Positions 9,550-16,527 are shown, counted from the first letter of the stretch. The stretch is DNA of 21,128 bases from Candidatus Thorarchaeota archaeon (GCA_048884785.1 JBHLQM010000063.1:1-21128), one strand, 5' to 3'. The notes: a model not told the origin generated them from the sequence alone. Program-made: numbers and translations.

Positions 9550-9795
9550 GTGAACTCCAACAGACTCAGATTGCTGCTTCAGTTCCGCATATGCTATGAG
9601 TCGATTATGCAGCACAGTCTGGAAAGACATCCTAGCCTGAGGTGGACCGGGGCGTATCTGTTACGTTATTCGTGTCGATTACCTGAATGATAAGTCAGAA
9701 ATGAAGCAGTAGTACACAACAGTTTCATCGCTGACTTTGCCTTCACTACTTACACATCATTCAACGAAGAGGACACTCAGAGGATTCGGAGAGGG

Positions 9796-10176
9796 ATGAA
9801 CTCCATATACTCGGGGCTGGGAAAAAACATCATTGAGAAAACTGGCATGTCTGAGCTAGGCAAGCCTCTAAGGATCTTCATGCATAACGAACAGGATGAG
9901 ATCGTTGGCGGCTTAGCTGGAAACATCTTCGGAGGTTGGATATACATCTCTCTGCTCTGGATTGACAAGTCAATAAGAGGAAAGGGTTATGGAACGAAAC
10001 TCATGCAAATGGCCCAAAAAGAGGCAATTAAGTCTGGCTGCAAACACATTCATCTGGATACCTATAGTTTTGAGGCCAGACCCTTTTATGAACGACTTGG
10101 ATTTGAGGTCTTTGCGGTCCTCGAAGATTATCCTCAGGGTCATAACAAATTCTTCCTGAAGAAGCATCTTGCGTGA
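9796..10176 (+). CDS. GNAT family N-acetyltransferase (possibly slightly 5'-truncated)
   Basis: IVGGLAG...WIYISLLWI, RGKGYG acetyl-CoA motif, LDTYSFEARPFYERLGF. Confidence 0.88.
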   Translation: MNSIYSGLGKNIIEKTGMSELGKPLRIFMHNEQDEIVGGLAGNIFGGWIYISLLWIDKSIRGKGYGTKLMQMAQKEAIKSGCKHIHLDTYSFEARPFYERLGFEVFAVLEDYPQGHNKFFLKKHLA

Positions 10177-10310
10177 TGCTTTCTTCAGGAAAGTCGGGCA
10201 TGTACCAGATTACTCAGTGGATTTGATACATGATTGAAATGAATTCGAGCCAGAAACCTTTCTAGCCTGTTCATGCAACCAATGTGCACATGACTAGGAC
10301 AGGTCATAAG

Positions 10311-10422
10311 TTTTAAAAACAGACTTCTACACGTCGCGGGTTGTAGTAAGAATAGCCTGGGCTGCATACTATCTTGCAATCAAGCCAGTTGCCTAGTGCT
10401 GCAAAACTACAGGATGTTTAAG
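10311..10422 (+). promoter_or_regulatory. TATA box and about 80-nt 5' leader of the rpl3 operon
   Basis: TTTTAAAA at 10311-10318. The leader has complementary segments TGTAGT (10342-47) and ACTACA (10406-11). Confidence 0.45.
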
Positions 10423-11430
10423 GTGGCACATAGAAAGAAACACGCCCCACGAAGGGGTAGTCTAGCGTATCTTCCACGAGGCAAAGCTTCGAAGTTTGTA
10501 CCGCGTATAAAGAGCTGGCCGACATGGGAAGGTGACGCTTCAAAACTACTTGGTTTCGTTGGTTATAAGGCTGGTATGACACACGCAGTAGTGACCATTG
10601 ATAACCCGGACAGTCCATTTAAGGGACAAGAAACGGTCATTCCTGTCACAGTGATTGACACACCTCCGATACGCCCATTCTCAATTCGAGGCTATAGGAC
10701 AACACCATACGGAGGGAAGCTCGTGTCAGAAGTCCTTGCAGATAATCTCTCTGATGATCTCAAGAGAACCATGCCACTCCCGAAGGAGTACAATCAGGAA
10801 GTCAAGATGCAGGAGTTAGAGTCGAAGTTAGACTCCATTTCTGAGATTAGAATGTTGATACACACCCAGCCAAGACTTGCGGGAGTACCAAAGAAGAAAC
10901 CCGATATTATGGAGTACAAGATTGGTGCATCAAGTATCCAAGATGCCTTGGAATATGCAAAAAGTGTACTTGGAAAAGACGTACGTATCGCAGACATCAT
11001 CAGTGAAGGAATGCTTGTTGATACAATTGCAGTCACGAAAGGCCATGGTTTCCAGGGTCCAGTGCGACGCTGGGGTGTTAGAATACTGCAACACAAGTCA
11101 CGAAAGACGAAACGTGGTGTAGGCTGCATTGGTCCTTGGACTCCTGGAAGCATTCGCTATACAGTTCCTAGACCAGGTCAGACAGGGTTCCATACTCGAA
11201 CAAGCTATAACAACGCTGTTATCAAGCTAGGAGAACGTGGTGAGGAAATCACTCCCTCTGGCGGATTTGTGAACTACGGAGTTATTCGCGGTGACTATGT
11301 AATGCTAAAGGGTTCAATACCTGGTCCAGTTAAGCGACCAGTGCGACTCAGGTTTGCTATTCGTCCTACAAAGGGACACACTGGCTCGCCCATTCCAGTG
11401 AGCTACATCAGCACTGCATCAAAACAATAA
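10423..11430 (+). CDS. rpl3: 50S ribosomal protein uL3
   Basis: GTG start giving MAHRKKHAPRRGSL. GYKAGMTH, TKGHGFQGPV, GQTGFHTRT, LKGSIPG. Confidence 0.97.
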   Translation: MAHRKKHAPRRGSLAYLPRGKASKFVPRIKSWPTWEGDASKLLGFVGYKAGMTHAVVTIDNPDSPFKGQETVIPVTVIDTPPIRPFSIRGYRTTPYGGKLVSEVLADNLSDDLKRTMPLPKEYNQEVKMQELESKLDSISEIRMLIHTQPRLAGVPKKKPDIMEYKIGASSIQDALEYAKSVLGKDVRIADIISEGMLVDTIAVTKGHGFQGPVRRWGVRILQHKSRKTKRGVGCIGPWTPGSIRYTVPRPGQTGFHTRTSYNNAVIKLGERGEEITPSGGFVNYGVIRGDYVMLKGSIPGPVKRPVRLRFAIRPTKGHTGSPIPVSYISTASKQ

Positions 11431-11447
11431 TCGGAGGATGAAGAAGA

Positions 11448-12236
11448 ATGACAAGTGTAAAGACATACTCTCTGAAGGGTAAGGCTGGCACAGCAATCTC
11501 CCTCCCCTCGCAGTTTGATACACCCTATAGGCCTGATGTAATCAAACGTGCTGTCTTAGCTGTACAATCACGATCAAGACAACCACACGGCGTTGATGAG
11601 CTAGCTGGTAAGCGAAACACGGCGCAGAGCTGGCAGACTGGTCATGGCAAATCAAGAGTGCCTCGTATAAAGGGTAGCGGAACACCAGCAGCCAACAAGG
11701 CTGGATTTGCACCCGGTACAGTGGGTGGTCGTATTGCACACCCTCCTGAGGCTCGTGAGGTGATTATTGAACGAATCAATAAGAAGGAGAACCGTCTGGC
11801 AATCCGCTCTGCAATTGCAGCAACGGCTGATAAGAAGCGAGTTGGAGAGCGTGGTCACCAAGTTGAAGCTGTGCCTGAATTACCGCTAATTGTGGAGAAC
11901 AAGCTGGAAAGCCTGACCACTACAAAGGAATTCCTAGAAGTAGTCAACAAGCTTGGTCTTGAACAGGATCTTCAGCGTGCCATAAATGGTCGTGGAATCA
12001 GAGCCGGAAAGGGCAAGATGCGGGGCAGGAAACTGAAAACTCCCAAGTCCTTCCTAGTAGTAATTGGCGATGACCAAGGAATTGGTCTGGCTGCTCGAAA
12101 CCTCCCAGGAGTCGACATAGTCGAAGTTCATGGGCTCAACGCAGAGCTTCTAGCTCCGGGGACACATCCCGGTAGGCTAGTGTTGTGGACAGTGTCCGCA
12201 ATAGAGCGGCTCGGGAGTGAGAACCTGTTCAACTGA
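11448..12236 (+). CDS. rpl4: 50S ribosomal protein uL4
   Basis: RPDVIKRAV, GHGKSRVPR, GGRIAHPP, RAGKGKMRGR, LLAPGTHPGRL. GGAGG SD. Confidence 0.97.
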   Translation: MTSVKTYSLKGKAGTAISLPSQFDTPYRPDVIKRAVLAVQSRSRQPHGVDELAGKRNTAQSWQTGHGKSRVPRIKGSGTPAANKAGFAPGTVGGRIAHPPEAREVIIERINKKENRLAIRSAIAATADKKRVGERGHQVEAVPELPLIVENKLESLTTTKEFLEVVNKLGLEQDLQRAINGRGIRAGKGKMRGRKLKTPKSFLVVIGDDQGIGLAARNLPGVDIVEVHGLNAELLAPGTHPGRLVLWTVSAIERLGSENLFN

Positions 12237-12247
12237 GGTGATAGAAG

Positions 12248-12511
12248 ATGCGTGATCCAAACGAAGTCATACTGCGTCCTGTTGTCACTGAGGCTAGCCT
12301 CGAGGGAGTTGAACGGGAGAACAAGCTCGCCTTCTATGTGGCAAGAACCGCCAATAAGAACACAATCAAGTGGGCGGTAGAGTCACTATACGAGGTTGTA
12401 GTTGAGAATGTTAATACCCTGATAATGCCCAATGGAATGAAGAAGGCATTCGTGCGACTGGCACCGGAGTACAGTGCCGCTGATGTCGCAACCAACTTGG
12501 GTATATTCTAA
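12248..12511 (+). CDS. rpl23: 50S ribosomal protein uL23
   Basis: ILRPVVTEAS...ENKLAFYV...KKAFVRL...ATNLGIF. GAGGTGA SD and conserved operon position. Confidence 0.96.
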   Translation: MRDPNEVILRPVVTEASLEGVERENKLAFYVARTANKNTIKWAVESLYEVVVENVNTLIMPNGMKKAFVRLAPEYSAADVATNLGIF

Positions 12512-12523
12512 GGAGGCGGTCAT

Positions 12524-12595
12524 ATGGGAAAGCGAATTATTAGTTATCTTGGCGTTGTTGGTTGTGATGATGTGTTCAGGAGGTGGCCACGATAG
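12524..12595 (+). other. 23-codon uORF starting with an rpl2-like N-terminus (MGKRII), out of frame with rpl2
   Basis: AGGAGG SD (12511-16), ATG 12524, MGKRIISYLGVVGCDDVFRRWPR*. The stop TAG (12593-95) overlaps ATA (12592-94). Confidence 0.6.
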
Positions 12596-13314
12596 GAAAG
12601 CGAGTCCTCGTCCAACGCAAGGGAAGGGGCACTACGCAATGGCGCAGCCCCCGACATAAGAAGATTGCAGCAGCGAAGCACCCCAAGTGGGCACCAGACA
12701 AGACGTACTACGGTGTTATTGAAGGTCTCCTGCACGAATCCGGAAGAGGCGCACCTCTCGCCAAAGTCAAGTACGAGGGCGAAAAGGGCTATCACTACAT
12801 GGCCGCTCCAGAAGGAGCCTACGTTGGCCAGAATATCGAATGTGGTGAAGAAGCCACCCTAGCAACTGGCAACACACTCATGCTTGAATACATCCCAGAG
12901 GGTACTCCGATATTCAATATCGAAGGCGCCCCCGGAGATGGAGGTAAGTACGTGAGGTCATCCGGTCTAACAGCCACGATAATCTCTATCGACAAGCAAA
13001 AAGCCATTGTGCGGCTTCCAAGTGGAACCCAGAAGACCTTCAGTCCACGCTGTCGAGCTACCATTGGAATTGTTGCTGGCGGGGGTCGTGCTGAAAAGCC
13101 ATTCCTCAAGGCAGGAGCCGTGTGGCATCATGTTAAGGGCAAAGCCAGAAAATGGCCTGTTGTCCGTGGTGCTGCCATGAATGCAGCCTCACACCCTCAC
13201 GGTGGAGGAAGCCATCAATCCCCTGGTAGACCTAGCACAGTGAGCCGACACGCACCACCCGGTCGTAAAGTCGGTAACATTGCTGCAAGGAGAACCGGGC
13301 GTAAAAGTAAGTGA
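12592..13314 (+). CDS. rpl2: 50S ribosomal protein uL2 (start ATA 12592, or GTG 12583)
   Basis: GKRVLVQRKGRG, GRGAPLA, ATIGIVAGGGR, WPVVRGAAMNAASHPHGGG, PGRKVG. ATA occupies the expected Met position, with AGGAGG 8 nt upstream. Confidence 0.95.
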   Translation: MGKRVLVQRKGRGTTQWRSPRHKKIAAAKHPKWAPDKTYYGVIEGLLHESGRGAPLAKVKYEGEKGYHYMAAPEGAYVGQNIECGEEATLATGNTLMLEYIPEGTPIFNIEGAPGDGGKYVRSSGLTATIISIDKQKAIVRLPSGTQKTFSPRCRATIGIVAGGGRAEKPFLKAGAVWHHVKGKARKWPVVRGAAMNAASHPHGGGSHQSPGRPSTVSRHAPPGRKVGNIAARRTGRKSK

Positions 13315-13345
13315 AAGGCTCCTAGGAGCCTTTCCTCATTTCTTT
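13313..13345 (+). terminator. Hairpin plus T-rich terminator after rpl2
   Basis: Perfect 22-bp palindrome GAAAGGCTCCT-AGGAGCCTTTC (13313-13334) followed by CTCATTTCTTTTT. Confidence 0.75.
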
Positions 13346-13543
13346 TTAAGAATCATTTAGTTGCTCAACCTCTCTTTCAACTTCTGCCTTCAGTTTGGAT
13401 TTGAATTTGCAGACAGCTTTATAGCCTTTGGAAACAACATGGATATGCCTTACGCCTCTTCGTGGTGGAACGTGGAGTATGCTAGACAAAGGTTAGGAGC
13501 TTATTTCAACTTACTGAATAGAACATCAGAAGGTGAAAAAGAG

Positions 13544-14680
13544 ATGGAGAAAAAATACAGATTGCCTGTAATAGGTATCTGTTTGGTTTTCATATCAACA
13601 GGTTTTGTTGTTGCACTCTCTCAGCCATTTGACAGTCCCTTGGTTGTTGTCTTTGGCGATTCTAAAGCTGAAGATGCAGCTCTGGCAATCCTATTAGATG
13701 AGATGCCAAACAGTTTAGTCGTACAATATGATAGCTTTGCCTATGATTTTTTCAAAATGAAATCAATTGGTGTAGCTATATTGATTGGGCATGGGAATGA
13801 AGCAGGGATTTTTCAAAACGGAAAATTGGTTCAAGCCCAAGAGATTGTAGCAGAAATATCGAATACGCCAGCAAGAAGGATCATGATAACTGCATGCAAT
13901 TCTAAGGCAATTGCTGACCTTGATGAATCAGGTCGGAGTTTTGGATTTTCACATTATGTCGATGCAGAGCTTGCAGCATTTGAAACTGCAATTAGAGTTC
14001 AGATATTCTACAATATGCGTGATGCTGCTTGGAAAACATTTGAGAAGTTTCTTGATGTGCTTTCAACAAAGTTTTCCGACGAAACTAGTATCCTCCCACT
14101 AATGCCCATAGAAGGAGGAGGAGGCGGTGGCGGTGGCGGAACTCCACCTCCGACGCACAGCCTTAGTGGTTCTGAGCTATTTAATGCTGCTATGGTATTT
14201 GCTCTCGGATGTGTATTTGCCCTTGTTGGAATCGCCATTTCAATTGCTACTTCCAAATTAGGGGCTGCAATCTCCTCAAGATTAGGTTCAATTGGTTCTT
14301 CAGGTGGTATTCTAAGTAAGATCTACAACTTCTTCATAACCATTGGTCCAGCAGGGATAGGGAGTCTTTTGGCATTAGTAAACACTCTATTTGGAGGTAT
14401 ACTTAGTCTTGCAGGTGCATGGCTCACTGCCAGTGTTGACATAGTCGCATCTTGGATAGCAGCTATGGATATAGTTGAATGGATGATCTTCCTCGGTCTG
14501 ACTGGTATCGAGGTGATACTAGCAATCCTGACTGCAGGTGCAGAACCACTAGCCAGGCTTCAGATTGGAATCCTTGTTGCAATCATGAATGCTGCATTAA
14601 TTGCGATTTCTGATTATAATGACTACAACGATGTACCCTGTCAGTCAGTGATGCAGGCGGCATCCCAATTGCTTGGGTAA
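13544..14680 (+). CDS. Exported clan-CD (caspase/gingipain/CHAT-like) cysteine-protease-domain protein with Gly linker and hydrophobic helical C-terminal domain; candidate self-processing toxin
   Basis: AGGTGA SD at 13531 before ATG 13544. Signal-like MEKKYRLPVIGICLVFISTGFVVALS. AILIGHG (His83) and IMITACNS (Cys118), G9-TPPPT linker, then about 175 aa of Gly/Ala/Ile/Leu-rich helices. Confidence 0.65.
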   Translation: MEKKYRLPVIGICLVFISTGFVVALSQPFDSPLVVVFGDSKAEDAALAILLDEMPNSLVVQYDSFAYDFFKMKSIGVAILIGHGNEAGIFQNGKLVQAQEIVAEISNTPARRIMITACNSKAIADLDESGRSFGFSHYVDAELAAFETAIRVQIFYNMRDAAWKTFEKFLDVLSTKFSDETSILPLMPIEGGGGGGGGGTPPPTHSLSGSELFNAAMVFALGCVFALVGIAISIATSKLGAAISSRLGSIGSSGGILSKIYNFFITIGPAGIGSLLALVNTLFGGILSLAGAWLTASVDIVASWIAAMDIVEWMIFLGLTGIEVILAILTAGAEPLARLQIGILVAIMNAALIAISDYNDYNDVPCQSVMQAASQLLG

Positions 14681-14692
14681 TTTTCTTTCTAG

Positions 14693-14717
14693 AACTGCCA
14701 ACATATAGTTGGCAGTT
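14693..14717. terminator. Hairpin between convergent genes
   Basis: AACTGCCAAC-ATATA-GTTGGCAGTT, a 10-bp perfect stem followed by TCTTCTTTCTT. Confidence 0.7.
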
Positions 14718-14726
14718 TCTTCTTTC

Positions 14727-15416
14727 TTATGGTCTATCAACGAGTGTGTATGCAACTACATCAATCCCATCGGCAATGTCTAAAGCCGCTAACATATCCT
14801 GTATCTCACTTCGAAAAGCCTCTGGTATCTTCTTGCTAATTGACATATCATATACAGGAACATGCAATGTTATTTCCTTGTATGTGAATTTCCCTTCTTG
14901 TGATCCAGTAATCTCTCGAAGTTTAGCAAATCCCTTGATAGCAATCCTCCTATTGTAGACTGGGAATTGGAAAATGATCGCCACAATCGGAATTCCACAT
15001 AATATGGTTGTAATACCAAATATGGGAAGCAGGAATGGTCCAATTGGTTCCATTATCGCTAAGAGAAAACTGCTCCCAAATCCAGCTAGCATTACTGCAA
15101 TTACCCATGCCACAAGTGTAAGACCGATAACAATCATCCAAATTATCCCTGCAAAGAAACCCATGACCGCTCTTCTGAAATATTTCTCTCGATTATGTTT
15201 ATTTGGAACAATCATACCTACGGATGGATTCATTTTTGCCTCCTTGAACCTGTAAATGCCAATGGTATAATCATCCTCATCAATTGTATATTCTACTACT
15301 TTTTCTATTCCCCCAATAGGTTCGAAATCACTCTCATTAGGGAAGTTTTGACTTTCAATTGTGAAGTAATGAATTCGGTCAGTTTTTGTCGGGGACAAAT
15401 ACGAAATCTCATCCAT
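14727..15416 (-). CDS. Hypothetical membrane protein (central hydrophobic hairpin of 2-3 TM helices)
   Basis: About 230 aa with soluble N- and C-terminal parts flanking about 70 hydrophobic residues (AVMGFFAGIIW...IVAIIFQFP). Confidence 0.7.
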   Translation of the reverse strand: MDEISYLSPTKTDRIHYFTIESQNFPNESDFEPIGGIEKVVEYTIDEDDYTIGIYRFKEAKMNPSVGMIVPNKHNREKYFRRAVMGFFAGIIWMIVIGLTLVAWVIAVMLAGFGSSFLLAIMEPIGPFLLPIFGITTILCGIPIVAIIFQFPVYNRRIAIKGFAKLREITGSQEGKFTYKEITLHVPVYDMSISKKIPEAFRSEIQDMLAALDIADGIDVVAYTLVDRP

Positions 15417-15442
15417 AAATACCACACACTAAGAAACTCTTG

Positions 15443-15458
15443 AATCTATATATAGATT
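15443..15458. promoter_or_regulatory. Palindromic bidirectional TATA element between divergent genes
   Basis: AATCTATATATAGATT, a perfect 16-bp palindrome 27 nt from ATG 15416 (minus strand) and 60 nt from ATG 15518 (plus strand). Confidence 0.55.
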
Positions 15459-15517
15459 ATAGTCCAGAAACATGAAAACCCTTATCTTCTTCTTATTAAC
15501 GAATTGACTTGGTTAAG

Positions 15518-15823
15518 ATGGGCACCTATATTGAGGAGATTCCCTTTCCTTATGGTGAAGAAGATGCCAGAATTCGAATAAATAAGTGGAGAGAGAATCA
15601 CGGGAAGGATTTCAAGCTTGAGAAAAGGGGATCTAATTGGATCTTGATAAAGCACAAGACCATGCATTTCATCATCACCTTTCTTCCTGAAGTAGTCAAA
15701 ATAGAGGGCTGGGTGGGTGGAGTTACTAAGTACTCGATAAGTCCCGATGCCTTTGTAGGAGCTTACGCCCGAAGAAAAGGATGGAAAGTATATGAAACAC
15801 TTAGAGCCACATTTATCGATTAA
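15518..15823 (+). CDS. Small hypothetical alpha/beta protein (101 aa)
   Basis: ORF with protein-like amphipathic pattern, divergent from the neighbouring membrane-protein gene. No family recognised. Confidence 0.65.
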   Translation: MGTYIEEIPFPYGEEDARIRINKWRENHGKDFKLEKRGSNWILIKHKTMHFIITFLPEVVKIEGWVGGVTKYSISPDAFVGAYARRKGWKVYETLRATFID

Positions 15824-15955
15824 GGAGCCTTGAATGCGTAGCTCAGACATAGAAATCCGATTTCATTACTCATCCTTTCTTATGCTCAATCATCTAGAAG
15901 ATACCTAAACTATGAATTATATATAGTTAATACATGGAATCTTTGAGAGATGGTC

Positions 15956-16024
15956 GTGAAATATAGACGAGCCGAAAAATGTGGGTTTAGAGTTTCTGAG
16001 ATATCACTAGGTTCAGGGACTACG
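15956..16024 (+). pseudogene. 5' stub of an aldo/keto reductase
   Basis: GTG-KYRRAEKCGFRVSEISLGSGTT matches the typical AKR N-terminus MxYRRLGKSGLKVSEISLGSW. TTATATATAG box upstream (15917-26). Similarity ends abruptly at the rpl2 remnant. Confidence 0.65.
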
Positions 16025-16029
16025 GTGAA

Positions 16030-16231
16030 AAGTACATCCTGTCTTCAGGGCTTACTGTTACAATCATATCCACAGACAAGGCAAAGTCAACGATCCGTCT
16101 TCTAAGTGGTGTTCAGAAGGTTTTCAGTCCAGGCTGTAGAGCTACGATTGGAATTGTGGCCGATGGTGGACGGCAGGAGAAACCATTCCTCAAAAACTGG
16201 AGCAGTCTGGCATCACACTCGTGGCAAAGCA
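16030..16231 (+). pseudogene. rpl2: Second, partial, frameshifted copy of rpl2
   Basis: KYILSSGLTVTIISTDKAKSTIRLLSGVQKVFSPGCRATIGIVADGGRQEKPFLK[+1 A]TGAVWHHTRGKA aligns to rpl2 12946-13146 with 50/67 identical residues by manual count. No start codon. Confidence 0.93.
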
Positions 16232-16344
16232 GCCTTTCACTAAGCGCCCAACAGAAATTGTGATTTTTACTGGCATCCTTATCCTACCCCAGTATTACAC
16301 AAACACATATCCCTCTATGACACGGGTGCTATAGAGGACTAGTA

Positions 16345-16527
16345 ATGCGTCTAATAGCTGTACACCTGCCTGACAAACTCCTAGATGACATTCAACGCCT
16401 TGTTGACAATGGTCTCTATCCAAATCGGTCCGAAGCAATTAGGATTGCAATCAGAGACCTGCTAAAGCAGGAGCTCTGGGGGCGAAACAATCCAATAAGT
16501 GCAAAGGTGAGTGAGATCATAAGGTGA
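16345..16527 (+). CDS. cdrS: Ribbon-helix-helix regulator CdrS (cell division regulator)
   Basis: MRLIAVHLPDKLLDDIQRLVDNGLYPNRSEAIRIAIRDLL. Overlaps the ftsZ start (GTGA), matching the conserved archaeal cdrS-ftsZ2 arrangement. Confidence 0.88.
   Translation: MRLIAVHLPDKLLDDIQRLVDNGLYPNRSEAIRIAIRDLLKQELWGRNNPISAKVSEIIR

Noticed and set aside
9550-9795. Possible decayed methyltransferase fragment (DFAFTTYTSFNEED) in frame upstream of the GNAT
   Set aside because: Similarity is too short and weak to support, and there is no start codon.
12536-12594. Bulge-helix-bulge intron in rpl2
   Set aside because: I could not build a BHB motif at the putative junctions by eye. Kept only as an untested alternative in the findings.
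13361-13543. N-terminal 61 aa of the 439-aa ORF
   Set aside because: TTG start without an SD. ATG 13544 has AGGTGA and exposes a signal-like N-terminus.
14114-14155. GGA/GGC/GGT run as a DNA microsatellite or phase-variation tract
   Set aside because: Mixed Gly codons show a protein-level linker, not a slippage repeat.
12946-16231. rpl2 and its second copy as a DGR template/variable repeat pair or as att sites
   Set aside because: Differences are not adenine-specific but mostly at third codon positions. No reverse transcriptase or integrase is present, and the copies are too divergent to be att repeats.
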